From Octopus sinensis (lineage: Eukaryota), in the NCBI RefSeq assembly GCF_006345805.1, contig NW_021836314.1:1-64000 (forward strand): a DNA stretch of 64,000 nucleotides. Reading direction: 5' to 3'. This document shows, piece after piece, positions 12,496 through 26,526 of this stretch (within the stretch, counting starts at the first letter, position 1; each line of letters opens with the position of its first letter). The position numbers and the translations under genes are program-made. The notes under the pieces were generated by a model. The model saw only the letters and a program-made list of their open reading frames with translations, had not been told where the DNA came from and did not search any database.

Positions 12496-13583
12496 ATGGC
12501 TTCCAGTCCGCCATATCAGCTTTTTTCTCAGCTACAACTTTATGCTCTCTAACGCCTTTGCTTACCAATACACTACGTTTTCCTTAATATAATGGGACAT
12601 AAAATCGTTATATTTAATACCGACACTCTGTATATCCATCCATCTACCATCTTCAACGCTCATTATTCCTGGGAGGGTCATGAGGACATCTGGTGCCTCA
12701 GGTACCTCCTGCATAGGGTACTATCAGAGGCAACTGCCAATACGCATACTGATTGGATTCTCAAGCATGACCAAATGAGGCTATGGATATTTTCTAGCTA
12801 TCACTTTTTGGTGGTCTAACTCTACATTCCCTGCTGTTTTTCATCATTTTAAAGAATCGATCTTGCGATTTTGTCATGTGACATCCTAATCGCATGTCCG
12901 CATTACCGGAAATGTAGTGGCACAATACGGAAAAGTACCGACCTGATCTGGAGAGACTCCCTCATCTCCAAGGTACACACTGTGTCGAGTAAGCTACTCC
13001 AGTTTTTTCGGAGGAATCCCATTTCGTCGGCCGCTTCTCTGTTTGAGATCAGACTCTTTCAGTCGTTAGCCAATATTCATGACAACAGATGAGAATGGGC
13101 ACGAAACCCAAACTGAAGATAGTGTGTTTGGCTTTGTTACCAAGTTGTCCTCTTCTGGGGATCGAATACTGGAACATTTTTTTGTATCTCGGGAGGGTCA
13201 TTAAGCCAATAAAAAACACACGTACTGGTTCTATTTCACTCATTCATTATTCGTCACTTTGTTAACAATTTGTTAACGAATTAACTAAATGAATGTTTGA
13301 TTAACCGTTTGGTTAACCTATCAACCAGTTATGGTTGTTAGCGACATTTTGTTGTGTGTGTGTGTGTGTGTGTGCTGTTGATGGTTGTGTGATACAGTTG
13401 AATCTATAAGTTCGTTAGAGAGAAGATGTGAATGTAAAGCGTGCGAATGGTAAAACGTTTATTCCTCATATCTTTATCTATAGTTTCCCTTTCATAAGAC
13501 ATGATATTGCAAGCTTCAGAGAATAACCCGGATTTTCTTAGTATTAATAATAAAAGAAAAGAAGAAACGAGAATTTTACTTAC

Positions 13584-13741
13584 TTTGACATTGCGAATAA
13601 TCCAGTATAGGTATTCGTTTCCCTGAGCCTTCCTGACACGTGCCAGAGACAGCAACAGTTCTGTTATAGACTTTTTTAATATACTTAACGAAGGCTGGCA
13701 AGTGACATCCACACTTCATAAGGTTATTGTTTTCGAGGTAA
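13584..13741 (-). CDS. LRRCT exon
   Basis: ttacag|T...CAA A|gtaagt, phase 2-1; YLENNNLMKCGCHLPAFVKYIKKVYNRTVAVSGTCQEGSGKRIPILDYSQCQ (CxC...C...C cap). Confidence 0.9.
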
Positions 13742-14388
13742 CTGTAATAATAAAGAGAACTCTGAATGCGTTTCAGATCAACAGAGAAATTCCTATGTGA
13801 TTTGACAAGAAACAAAGATTATAAAATTTGAGCAGGTTTATAAACGCTATGGCATTCATTTTTTTAAGTGTTGTTAATAACATCAATATTGCGAAATGGT
13901 TTCTAGTAGAAAGTGGAAGCACTAAGGTTCTTTTCTCTTTTAGCTTAGATATTGAATAATAAAGTACCTTTAAATAAGATTACTAGCCACTTGAAACGAT
14001 TCTATTTTATTGTAGTTTAGGGATATTTTAGTGTCGGGAATTTGGTGGTAGGGATCTTGCGCCGCTCTGTCTGAGAAAACTCGTTTAGACGGGCGGTTTT
14101 GGCGCTAAGAAGGTCGTGTTTATTCTATGTAGCAACTGGTTTTAAAACTAGAGACGTACCAGCGCAGAAACTGAGAGATTACAGTGTTGTACATTTTATA
14201 GCTTCAGCGGTACAGACATGTATAGTAATACTCCTAATTAAGAAGGGGAAAATTAATATTCAATTTTGATATATCAATTTGAATATTTTCAGTCAATAAT
14301 AAATCTCTGAACGAGATGTAAACAGTAACGGCTCGACAACGTAAAGTATAATAGCCATCTCAATGTTGCTAACCACAAAGGGTGGGTG

Positions 14389-14630
14389 TTACTATAGCTT
14401 TTAACCCCAGGAGATCATCGTCAACGCAGGGTATTCACCGGTTTACGATCGTAAACCGGTGATTACCGTGCGTTGACAAGAGGCAAATACCTCGAAACTG
14501 CGGTCCGTGCGTATCACTTAGGCTTATGAGAGAGGGATGACCTCCCTTTGCAAATACCATAAGGGCACAGATAGTGTGCCTAAAGCCAGCTGGAGACGAT
14601 GATCTCCTGGGGTTACAAGCTACAGTAACA
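14389..14630. mobile_element. MITE-like element with TIRs and an internal 28-bp palindrome
   Basis: taaccccaggagatcatcgtc / gacgatgatctcctggggtta; tcaccggtttacgatcgtaaaccggtga at 14435-14462. Confidence 0.7.
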
Positions 14631-14799
14631 CCCACCGTTAGTGGTTAGCCATATTGAGATGGATATTATACAATATTTTCAGTGTTTTTAAAAAAGAGCA
14701 ACAGCAAGAACAACAGCAACAACATCAACAAAAATACAACAAAAACAACAACAACAACAAAAACAACAAAACAATAATAATAATAATTACACAACCATG

Positions 14800-15058
14800 A
14801 CTATTTGAAGTGAGAAATAGAAGGTTGTTGACAATGAAGAGAGTAGAGGTGATACCAGTAGTAATTGGTACATTTGGAAGTATTAGCACTCAACTCCCAG
14901 CATGACTGAAAACAATTGGTACAAGTGTGAAGGTAGAACACCTAAAAGAAATCAGTATTGCTTGGAACGCAAGAATTCTTCGTAGGGTTCTTGAAGTATA
15001 AACAGTAAACAAGTAACACTTTCCATCAAACCCAGAAAAGTAAGCTGTGAGTTTTCAT

Positions 15059-15091
<33 letters not shown>

Positions 15092-15420
15092 ATGATGGTG
15101 ATGATTATGATGGTGATGGTGATGATAATGATGATGATGATGATTATGATGGTGATGATTATGATGATGATGGAGGTGATGATGATGATGATGATGAGGA
15201 GGAGGAATACATTCTTTAAATGAGAATGCATGGACAGTTTGAAAAGAATAAACAGGATGTTAAGGATAATACAGCATCGTGGGCATGGCTTGAGCGAAGT
15301 GATTTGAAGCGTACCACTGAAAGCCTGATCATTGTTGCATAAGACCAGGCTCTCGCTGCCTCATTGGTCTGCCTCATTCGCTGTGTATTGACCAAAACCA
15401 AATAATCCATTGATGAGGAG
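14800..15420 (+). mobile_element. R4/Dong-like LINE 3' fragments around a (GAT)n tract
   Basis: KRVEVIPVVIGTFG...RILRRVLEV (RLE C-terminus) then (GAT)n 15061-15195; MHGQF...WLERSDLKRTTESLI fragment follows. Confidence 0.75.
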
Positions 15421-16092
15421 GTCATCCGATAATCCCTAAAGCCAAAAACCTCTCAGTTCAATTGTCTTATGTCTGAGTAGAAATTAGAGGGAAAATGAAT
15501 AAAAGAAGGTTTAACCTTCTCATTTGACCATTCACATGCAATCATAGACATCTTCATACACATTCAAGCATGAATATGGTAGTAGAAAGTAAAGTTAGAG
15601 TTACAGAGAGAGAGAGAGAGAGAGAGGGGGTATGAATGTAATCCATTCACACCACTCTGTACTACAAACTGCAGTAGATTTATTAGAGAGGAGAAATGAG
15701 AAAATGATAATTGAAAATACAGATACCAAATAAAATTAGGTAGGATGTGGTTAGAGAATATATAAATGGCATACTAGATTTAGAGGATATTCTAGATATA
15801 GATGATATGCTATTGAATTATTGAATATGATTTTCAGAAGAGAATATTCTGAACCTTTTAGGAATTTTGCTACATCGTAATGCAATTCTATAATGTTCTG
15901 ATAAATACAATTTTGAAATAGTCTGCTTGTATACCTCCCAACCTCTAATACTGCGCAAACGTTGTTAGTTTTTTACTATTTGTCTCCCTTAAAAGGTTCT
16001 CCATTCCAAGCAGTGTGGTTAAGCTTTAATAGGGATAGGATCGTGTTAAATTTCCCTCTCTTTCTTTACCTCTCCACACACACGTGTATATA

Positions 16093-16133
<41 letters not shown>

Positions 16134-16235
16134 TAACACAGAAGAATGGAGATATCATACACATTGAATCAGATTGGCAAATCACAAAATCTTGCGATAC
16201 AGTAATACTGCGTATTAATCGGCCCTTTAGTTACA

Positions 16236-16400
16236 GGGTGTTCTCTTTTCATGTTCTGAGTTCAAAATTTGGAGGACGATTTTGCCTTTCATCTTTTTGG
16301 GGTCGATGAATTAAGTACCAGCCGAGCACTAGGGTGGATGTAATCGACAAGCCCCCAGCCACAAAATTGCAGGCCTTGTGCTTATCGTAGAAAGAATATT
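16236..16400 (+). mobile_element. SINE copy (degenerate)
   Basis: gttctgagttcaaaa...ttttgcctttcatc...ggggtcgatgaattaagtaccag...taatcgac, matching the 12287 copy. Confidence 0.7.
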
Positions 16401-16901
16401 TTAGCCCCTTGATTACCAAATTACCAAATGGCTTCGTGGTAGAAAAACAGAGGCAAATACAGCAATCATCAGAAATATTTGAATGGAATTTTTGTGGTTC
16501 TTATTCCTTCTGATAACTCCGTTGTCATAAGGATATAATAAGTAATAACAATATATATATATGTGTGTGTGTGTGTATGCTTATATATGCACATACGCAT
16601 ACACACACAGGAAAATTTATATATGTGTGCATGAAGGTTTGTATGTAGGCCACTCTCTCGACTCCAGTTAATTATGAGTATTTATAAACATGGGGTAAAC
16701 TAGATCAAACCAACCTTCTGATATTTGAACATAATCTTTTCGATAATAAAACACAGTGCTCGGAAATCATGTTGATCCACTGAAATTTAAATCAACTCAT
16801 TGTTGTTTATTACCAACAACATTTAACGAGGAATTGAGAATTTTATGACCTCATTTTTATTTTTTTCATTTTCCTATAACCCAAAAAACTGTTTTGCTTA
16901 C

Positions 16902-16971
16902 ATTTTAACTATGCTGGGAAGAATAAGAAGCGCCATCTTCATATTTTTCTATTGGGTTGCTGTTCAAATAT
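16902..16971 (-). CDS. Terminal LRR exon (70 bp as assembled; 2 nt short of 72)
   Basis: ctttttcag|A TAT TTG AAC AGC AAC CCA...AAA AT|gtaagc; YLNSNPIEKYEDGA[FLF]LPSIVKI after restoring 2 nt in short runs. Confidence 0.8.
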
Positions 16972-17476
16972 CTGAAAAAGAGACAAATATTACACACTTT
17001 AAAATAAGTAAAATTAAATAAATCTGTTTACTCTTGTTCATTTCTAAATTGCTTTTTAGTCAACACTAACAGGGTAAATGCTGATATTACACACTACAAT
17101 TGTTTATTCCTCTTTATATTTCTATGGGAAGTGTTGTTTGAACAAGAATAGGTTCCTTCAATCTAACTTAATTATCCTAACAGAAAACCTGATAACAAAA
17201 CAGCAAAAGATGGAAGGGAATAAAATACAAAAATAAAAAAAAATAACAAGGAGACTTTCTTATGTGCACAATATGGGTTTTAGTCAACATTCTCATCTAT
17301 GGTAGAAATATCTTCCTCCATACAGGCAAGGTTCTGTGGCAGGAAAATTACATCTCACATCCATGGATTCTTTAGTCCAACTGTGTGGCACCTTGGACAA
17401 ATAACATTAACTATAACCTTGGGTCAACTAAGCGTTGTGAGTAAATTTGCTGCAGGAAACTGTGTGGATTCCCTTC

Positions 17477-17543
<67 letters not shown>

Positions 17544-17574
17544 ATATATTATATATATATATGCGAGTGCTTGA

Positions 17575-17730
17575 TAACCAATATTGGTTTGTTTACGTCC
17601 CCCTAACTTAGTGATTCCTCAAAAGGTATCCGACTGATTAAGTGCCAGATTTTAAAAATTCAGTACTAAGGATGATTTGTTCGAGTAAACGCTTGAAGGT
17701 AGTACTCCAGCATGGCCGCAATCTGATAAC
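17575..17730 (+). mobile_element. SINE-like repeat, second family
   Basis: gtttacgtcccc...ctccagcatggccgca...actgaaacaag; a reverse-complement relative lies at ~53905-54075. Confidence 0.6.
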
Positions 17731-18379
17731 TGAAACAAGGAATAGTAAAAGTACATACTCCAGTAGCAGTGTAATGATAAAAAAGGTTTTCAAAACAATA
17801 AAATAATAATTATTGCAATAACATTGACCATCTTCAGACCAGTGCATAACTATCAGAATCCTATTCAAAGTTCATAAAACAATGGTCACCTTTTGGTAGA
17901 AGATAAATACTGGGTACCTATAAATTGACTTTACAATTTGAACACTTCAGAAGACAATGAAGAACAAGGATAACTCATCAAACTTTATTGGAAATCTTTG
18001 GCAAACAAATATCAGAAGCATTAGAACACTTCGACGTGGATTTAATTGTTACCAATTCTACGTCGCTAAAAGCCACACTTCTTTTTTGTCGGTTGAATTT
18101 TATAACGGGATTTTTACTAAAAGAGTCTTCCCAATGAAGACGTTCTTTTAAATTTGATTAATCTACACATTTCCTTTGGAAATAACTGAGATATTTTGAT
18201 TCAAAGTCACTTTTTTGCCTTACGCTGCCATTTTTTACCTCGAAAACTTTGAAATAAATATTTTAAAGAATCAATTTCCAATTATTTTAGCTCCAAATGT
18301 AGCTTACATCTCGATCATCATTGCCAAAACGATGCAATTAATTAGGTTGAGAGCTGAATTACTAATTAAATCATGTAAT

Positions 18380-18720
18380 AGGAGTGGAAGAGCTGCACTC
18401 TGTTGTTCACAGTCTCTAAGTGAAGTTCAGTAACAAGGACGGGGAGTCTATTGTTGGGGTGCCGGGTGGGATAATCTATAGTCACCTTGATACTTTGGTG
18501 GATGGAGTTGGCTACTTGCTGCATGCTCTCCATTATGTTCCTCTCAGTTTCTACATTACCGTTACTAGAGCTGGTCTTAACTGTGATATTAATGCCATCT
18601 ATATACCTACAGTAAATTAGAAGAGTTGTGGACTGTTTTGCCAAGGATTGCTTAGGTTTTCTGATCCACCAGGTCATGAAGAGGCCGGCAATATCTCCAG
18701 ATACACCGACACAAATGGCT
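18380..18720 (-). mobile_element. Penelope-like RT C-terminal fragment
   Basis: YCRYIDG...ANSIHQSIKVTIDYP...RLPVL. Confidence 0.7.
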
Positions 18721-18729
18721 GCACCTTGA

Positions 18730-19170
18730 ACTTACATGTATAGTTTCAAGCATTTGTCTTATGAAGGAAGGCCGAAGACGCACGACCTTTGTTCTCTCGA
18801 AAAACGACGACGCCGTGGTGATCTCATTCTTGGTCACTACATCATAAGCGGAAAGTGTATCCTCTCGAAAGAGCTGTTCTTCACTCCTGCTCCAGAGCGT
18901 CGGCTGCAGGGTCACTCCGAAAAGCTCTATCTACGACGATTTCATCTCAATCGAAGGAGAGGGGCTTTCTCCGTCCGGGTTGCGGATCCGTGGAATAAGC
19001 TGCCGGACGAGATAGTGAAGATGCCGACGACCGCTCGGCGTCAAAGTCTCGCTTGACCAGAAATAGCCTGAACTCTTTGTATGACCACCCTCCCTGTACA
19101 TAACGCCCTGTCCCCCTACATGGCCTTGCTTTTTCTTTTTGAGACAAAAAATTAAACTAAACTAAACTAG
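18730..19170 (+). mobile_element. CR1-type LINE 3' end with (AAACT)n tail
   Basis: SLEKRRRRGDLI...GHSEKLY...RRGAFSVRVADPWNKLP; same family as 61329-63290. Confidence 0.9.
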
Positions 19171-20069
19171 TGATACTTTAGTCTGTGGTTCTCCAAGGTG
19201 GTTCTTACGCTAGCTCCTACTGCCTGTGCAATCATTCCTTTCTCCTAATTGTTGTTCTCAGGGAGTTGGGTGGGTAGGGTCAAGCCACACCAGCGCTCAG
19301 TGGTGCATTTATTTACTGCTGAAGTGATGGTGGGTGGTCTAAGAATCTGTGATCTGGCGGGGTAGAATATATAGTCTAAGAACGAGACACGGATCACGCG
19401 TGTTGACATCACAGAACTACACTTCACATTTCACAGACAATCTCATTACATTATACTCCAGCAAAATCGATGTCAATAGATGGGTAGAGGGAAGCAAGTC
19501 CTTAGTGTCCACTACACAACATGTGAAGAACTTGGAGTGACCAAAAATACTCATTTTATTGAGGATGTCCTCAGTGCTAACAGAAGAAGAAGAAGAAGAA
19601 GAAGAAGAAGAAGAAAAAGAAGAAGAAGAAGAAGAAGAAGAAGAAAAAGAAGAAGAAGAGAAGGAGAAGAAGAAGAAAGGAGAAGAAGAAGAAGAAGAAG
19701 AAAAAGAAGAAGGAGAATAAGGAGGAGAAGAAGAAGGAGAAGAAGAAGAAGAAGAAGAAAGAAGAAGAAGAAGTAGAAGAAGAAGGAGAATAAGGAGGAG
19801 AAGAAGAAGAAGAAGAAGAAGAAGAAGAAGAAGAAGAAGGAGAGAAGAAGAAGGAGAAGAAAAAGAAGAAGAAGAAGAAGAAGAAAAGAAGAAGAAGAAG
19901 GAGAAGAAGAAGAAGAAGAAAAAGAAGAAGAAGAAGAAGAAGAAGAAGAAAAAGAAGAAGTAGAAAAAGAAGAAGGAGAAGAAGAAGAAGGAGAAGAAGA
20001 AGGAGAAGAAGAAGAATAACGGCAATGCGGATAAATAACTGCCAGTCGTTGTCATGTCCAAACACATTC

Positions 20070-20156
20070 AAATAGATATATCATGAATAGAGTCCAGTAG
20101 TTGATTCGTCGATATATTAAGGAAATGCGAAAAAAATGTCATCGTTCAGAAGATAT
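20070..20156 (-). pseudogene. Degenerate LRR pseudo-exon
   Basis: Flank at 20158-20240 is homologous to the A-type acceptor flank, but the acceptor reads cttcat instead of cttcag. Residual YLLND...TGLYS..YL with stops. Confidence 0.5.
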
Positions 20157-20634
20157 ATGAAGCAGGAAGAAACGTTGCTTAGTTTCACATCGTATGTAAT
20201 TGCGAAGAAATATTGAATAATGTTCATTATGTGAAGAAAGAATTTATATGGAAATATAACGAATAAGGGAAGAAGAAGAACAAGAAGAAGAAGAAGAAGA
20301 AGAAATAGAAGAAGAAGAAGAAGAAGAAAAGAAGAAGGAGGAGGAGGAGGAGACGAAGAATAAGAAGAAGAAGAAGAAGAAGGAGAAAAGAAGAAGAATG
20401 AGGAGAAGGAGAAAAAGGAGGAGGAGAAGGAGAAAAAGAAGAAGAAGAAGAAGAAAAACAAGAAGAAGAAGAGGGGGATTTAGGAAGAAGAAGAAGAAGA
20501 AGAAGAAGAAGAAGAAAAGGAAATGAAGGAGAAGGAGAAGAAGAAGAAGAAGGAGAAGAAGAAGGAGAGGGATAATAATAATAATAATAATAAGAAGAAG
20601 AAGAAGAAGAGAAGAAGAAGAAGAAGAAGAAGAA

Positions 20635-20665
<31 letters not shown>

Positions 20666-21054
20666 AAGAAGAAGAAGAAGAAGAAGAACAAAAACTTCAA
20701 CAACAATAACAAAAAAATTATCTCGGTGGAATTGTGGATAAATAACCACACGGCACCACAGAATCAACAGAACAATGTGAAATAAAATAGTAGCTAAAAC
20801 TTATATTAATAGTGCAGATACAGACATACATATGAACATACACATATATTTTCAGGAATAACATTTTTATGCAGACAATTATCAACTGACAGTCATTGAC
20901 ATGTTCAGACTCAATCAAATAAATATAACACGAATATGAGAACTGAATATGATTTACAGTAATAGAGAGTGAGAAAACATGGAAATAAGGGGATATTAAA
21001 TTTAAAGACATAGTATATTCCTCATGTATAAACGACAACATTGAAAGAACTTAC

Positions 21055-21126
21055 AATTCCTCTAAGCTGTGAAGGCCTTGAAACATCTCCTTTTCAATCC
21101 TTGAAATTTTATTGTTGCCAAGGTTT
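21055..21126 (-). CDS. LRR cassette exon A1
   Basis: cttcag|...TT|gtaagt, 72 bp; NLGNNKISRIEKEMFQGLHSLEEL. Confidence 0.95.
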
Positions 21127-24032
21127 CTGAAGCAGGAAACAATATTGGTTAGATTGACATAGTGTGAATTGCGATAACATATTCAATATTGTTCTTTATG
21201 AAAAGGGAAAAAATATAGGAAAATAACACAAGAAGAAGAGGAACAGGAAAGAGATTGAGAAGAAGAAGAAGCCAAAGAAGAAGGGGAGGTGGGGAAGGGG
21301 AAACGGAGAAGACAAGGAGGAAGTGGAGGGGGAGAAGAAGTAGAAGAAGGAGGAGTTGGAGGAGGAGGAACGAAGGAGAGGAAAATGGCTGAGGACGGAG
21401 TAGGACAAGGAGATGAAGGAGGGGTGGGGGAAATAGGAGGAGGAGCAGAGGGTAGAGTAGAAGAAAAAGATGTAAATTATTAAAAAGAGGAGGAGGGTGA
21501 GGAGACGAAGAAGAATAGGCAAAAGAGAAGAAAAAGAAGAAGAAGAGGAAAAAGAAGAAGAAGAAGAAAGCGATGAAGAAGGAGGAGGAAGAGGAGAAGG
21601 AGGGAGAGAATTACAAAAAAGAAGATGAGAAAAAAAAGAAGAAGGAGGAGAAGGAGGAGAAGTAGAAGAAAGTAGAAGTAGGAGTGGAAGAAAAAGAGGA
21701 AGAAGAAAGAGGATAAGGAGGGGGAGGGGAAAGTAAGAATTACAAGAAGGAGGAGGAGGAGGAGAAGAAGAAGAAGAAGAAGAAGAAGAAGCAGAAGAAG
21801 AAAAAGGAGGAGGAGTAGAGGTAGAAGAAGAGGAAGAAGAACAGGAAGCTGTAGAAGAAAGAGAAGACGGAAGAAGAGGCAAGAGGTGGAGGAGGAGGAT
21901 GAAGGGGAAGAAGAAGTTAGAGAAAAGAAAAAAAGAAGAAGAAGGAGGAGGAGAATAACAAAATGAAACTATGAAGAAGAAAGAGCCGAAAGAGGAGAAG
22001 TAGATGAAGAAATAGAAAGTAGAATAAGAAGAAGTAGAGGAAAAAGAAAAATAAGGAGGAAGATGAGGAGGAGAAGTAGAAGAAGAAGAAGAAGAAGAAG
22101 AAGAAGAAGAAGAAGAAGGAGAAGAAGAAGAAGAAGAAGAAGAAGAAGAGGAGGAGGAGGAGGAGGAGAAGAAGAAGAAGTAGAAGTAGAAGAAGAAAGA
22201 AGAAGAAGAAGAAGAAAAGAAGACGAAGAACAAGAAGAAGGAAAAGGAGGAGGATGAAGGGGAAGAAGAAGAGAAAGGAGGAGGATGAGAAGAATATGAA
22301 GAAGTAGAAAGTGTAGAAGAGGTAGAAGACGAAGAAAAAAAGAAGTCGTAGAAAGAGAAGAAGAAAAGGAAAATGATGGAGGAAGACGGGGAACAGAAGT
22401 AGAAGAAGAAGACGAAGAAGGAGAAGAAGAAGGAGAATAAGAATTAGAAGAAGAAGAAGAAAAAGGAGCAAGAGAGGAGAGGGGTGGAGATGGACGAGAA
22501 TTACAAGAAGAAAAAGGAGGGGGTGGGGTGGTGAGAGGAGGAAGTGAATTACAAGAAGTAAATGTAGATGAAGAAGAAGAGAATAAAATTAGAAGAAGAA
22601 AAGAAAGAGGAGGAGGTGGAGGAGGAGAAGAAGAAGAATAGTTTAAAAGAAGGAGAAGAAGAAGAAATTGAAGAAGAGAAGAAAAAGAAGGAGGAGGATG
22701 ATGAGCAGGAGGTGAGGCGGAGGAAGGAGAAGACGAAGAAGAAGAAGAAGAAGAAGAAGAATAGTTTAAAAGAAGAAGGAGAAGAAGAAGAAAATGAAGA
22801 AGAAGAGAAGAAAGTAAGGATAGGAGGAGGCATGAGGTTGGCTAAGGAATAAGAAGAAGGAAGACTAAGACTAAGAATATAAGAAGAAGACGACGACGAC
22901 GAAGAAGAAGAATAAGAAGAAGAAGAGGAGGAAGAAGAAGAAGAATAGAAGAAGAAGAAGAAGAAGAAAAAGACGAAGACGAAGAAGAAGAAAGGAAGAA
23001 GAAGAAGGGGAGTAGAAGAAAAAGAAGAAGAAGAAGAAGAAAGAAGTTATATTGAAAATCATGGTGTTGAAGACGAAACTGAAATTGTTCTTAAAATATC
23101 AGGAAATAATTCAAGGATAGATCGATAAATTTTGGGCGAGAAGACATGGCTGAAAAATCATGGAATATACGGAATCAGAAATCAACATATTCAAATGCAC
23201 TCATACGCATTCTTATATTCATAGTATCAACGACGGAATGCGGTATGCACACTCACATCACACATATTCCCACTCACCCTTGTGGAAATATGGTGAGAGA
23301 GATTATTTCATATCGCTTCATTGTCAGAAGAATATTAGAAAACACACGCTTACAAGAAATATATCAGCAGTTTAATTGTATCAGGCCAAATATTCGAGCT
23401 TACAAGTACAGTATGTATTTCAGGTTTACAGATAGAATGTATGTGACTATATTATTCGAATATATATTTTCCGCTTCCAATTTAGTTGCTCTATTACATA
23501 AATAACGTGAAGTGAATGACAAAATTCGAAGTTGAATGATAATATCGAAACATGAAGGAGAATATTGAAATAGGAAATGGAGGAGGATGTAAAATATAAA
23601 ATAAAGGAATAATATATTCACATTTCACACAGAACTACACTTATATATGAACATACACAAATACTTCAGCTAAAAATATTTGATGCAAACATGTAAACTC
23701 ACAAACGTTACCATTTCTAATACAAATTCATATCAAAATCATTGAAATTGGGGAACAAAATGAGTTATTTAGATGCGAATTGAAACGAAGCAAGTACAAG
23801 AAAGGAACATTATATTTTTCCTATTATTTCACATTTTCTCTCAAATTCTCTCTCTTTCTTTCACATTGTCTCGCTCTCTCATATTCTTTTTGTATATTCC
23901 TAAATCGTGTTGATTCTACAAATTCGAATTGATTTTGTTTGGTGGAGTCTGAAATTTTATACATTTGTGAGCTTATATATCAGCATCAATTATTACATTC
24001 GGAAAATAATATCAAGAAACTGAAGAACTTAC

Positions 24033-24104
24033 AATTCTTTTAAATTGCAAAGCCCCGTGAATACACCTTCTTTGATGGTTGCAATGTTGTTGGAACCAAT
24101 ATTT
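24033..24104 (-). CDS. LRR cassette exon B1
   Basis: ctatag|...TT|gtaagt, 72 bp; NIGSNNIATIKEGVFTGLCNLKEL. Confidence 0.95.
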
Positions 24105-25348
24105 CTATAGCAGTAAAGAAAGAGTAAAATAGATTATATGGAAAATATTTGTGATACGACATCAAACACTGTGACTTCAGAATGAAAGGAAGAAAAAGAA
24201 GAAATATAACGAAGAAGAAAAAGAAGAAGAAGGAGAAGAAGAAGAAAAGAAGAAGAAGAAGAAGGTAGATGAAGAGAAGAAGAAGAATAAAAAGAAGAAT
24301 AAGGAGGAGGAAAAGGAGAAGAAGAAGAAGAAGAAGAAGTAGAAGAAAACGTAGAAGAAGAAAGGAGAAGATAAAGGAGAAGAAGACCTAGAAGAAGAAA
24401 AAGAAGAAGAGGAGGCGGAGGAGGCGGAGGAGGCGGAGGAGGCGGAGGAGGCGGAGGAGTCGGAGGTGGAGGAGAGGTGGGGATGTTAGGAGGAGGACAA
24501 AGGAATGGATGACTGAGGAGGGGCAGCTGGGGATAGCAGCAGAAGGAGCAGGAAGAGCAGGAGGATGAGTATAAGAGGAAGAATTGGAAGAGAATGGAAA
24601 AGAGGGAGACCATTGAAGAAGCAGAAAGTACAGAGAAGAAAAAGAACAAGAAAAAAAGAAGGCAAAGAAGAAGACAAAGAAGAAGTAGAACAGGAAGAAA
24701 AGTAACAAGAAGAAGAAGAAGATGAAGTAGAAGAAGAATAAGAGGAAGAAGAAGAAGAAGAAGACGACGAAGAAGAAGAGGAACATGCAGGAGATGAAGA
24801 AGGAAAGAAGAAGACGAAGAAGATGAAGAAGAAAAATAGAAGAAGAGAAAGAAGAAATTAAAGAAAAAGGAGGATGAGTAGGACGAAGAGGGGAGGTTGA
24901 GGAGAAGAATTGCAATAAGAAGAAGAAGAAAAAGGAGAAGGAGGTGGAGGAGGAGGGGGAATAGGAGAATTACAAGAAGAAGAACAAAACAACAACAATA
25001 ACAAAAAAATTATCTCGGTGGAAGTGTGGATAAATAACCACACGGCACCACAGAATCAACAGAACAATGTGAAATAAAATAGTAGCTAAAACTTATATTA
25101 ATAGTGCAGATACATACATACATATGAACATACACATATATATTTTCAGGAATAACATTTTTATGCAGACAATTATCAACTGACAGTCATTGACATGTTC
25201 AGACTCAATCAAATAAATATAAGACGAATATGAGAACTGAATATGATTTACAGTAATAGAGAGTGAGAAAACATGGAAATAAGGGGATATTAAATTTAAA
25301 GACATAGTATATTCCTCATGTATAAACGACAACATTGAATGAACTTAC

Positions 25349-25420
25349 AATATCTCTAAGTTGTGAAGGCCTTGAAACATCTCTTTTTCAATCCTTGAAA
25401 TTTTATTGAAGGAAAGAGAT
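25349..25420 (-). CDS. LRR cassette exon A2
   Basis: cttcag|...TT|gtaagt, 72 bp; SLSFNKISRIEKEMFQGLHNLEIL. Confidence 0.95.
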
Positions 25421-26454
25421 CTGAAGCAGGAAACAATATTGGTTAGATTGACATAGTGTGAGTTGCGATAACATATTCAATATTGTTCTTTATGAAGAGG
25501 GACAAAATTATAGGAAAATAATACAAGAAGGGGAACAGGAAAGAGATTGAGGAGAAGAAGAAGACAAAGACGAAGGGGAGGAGCGGAAGGGGAAACGGAG
25601 AAGACGAGGAGGAAAAGGAGGGGGGGAGAAGAAATAGGAGGAGTTCGAGGAGGAGGTGGGGAGGAGAAGAAAAAGCTTGAGGTCGGAAGAGGACAAGGAG
25701 ATGCAGGAGGGGTGGGGGAAATAGGAGGAGGAGCAGAGGGTAGAGTAGAAGAAAAAGATGTAAATTATTAAAAAGAGGAGGAGGAGGATGAGGAGACGAA
25801 GAAGAATAGGTAAAAGAAAAAGAAGAAGAAGAGGAAAAAGAAAAAGAAGTAGAAGAAGGCGATGAAGAAGGAAGAGGAAGAGGAGAAGGAGGGAGAGAAT
25901 TACAAAAAAGAAGATGAGGATAAAAAGAACGAGAAGGAGAAGGAGGAGAAGTAGAAGAAAGTAGAAGTGGGTTAGGAAGAAAAAGAAGAAGAAGAAGAAG
26001 GAGAAGTAGAAGAAGAATAAATGAAGTAGAAGAAAGAGAAGTTGAAGAAAAAGAAAAATAAATAGGAAGATGAGGAGGAGAAGTAGAAGAAGAACAACAA
26101 CAACAATAACAAAAAATTTATCCTGGTGGAAGTGTGGATAAATAACCACACGGCACCACAGAATCAACAGAACAATGTGTAAGAAAATAGTAGCTAAAAC
26201 TTGTATTAATAGTGCAGATACATACATACATATGAACATACACATATATTTTCAGGAATAACATTTTGATGCAGACAATTATCAACTGACAGTCATTGAC
26301 ATTTTCAGACTCAATCAAATAAATATAAGACGAATATGAGAACTGAATATGATTTACAGTAATAGAGAGTGAGAAAACATGGAAATAAGGGGATATTAAA
26401 TTTAAAGACATAGTATATTCCTCATGTATAAACGACAACATTGAAAGAACTTAC

Positions 26455-26526
26455 AATTTCTCTAAGTTGTGAAGGCCTTGAAACATCTCTTTTTCAATCC
26501 TTGAAATCTTATTGTTGCGAAGACCT
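26455..26526 (-). CDS. LRR cassette exon A3
   Basis: cttcag|...TT|gtaagt, 72 bp; GLRNNKISRIEKEMFQGLHNLEKL. Confidence 0.95.
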
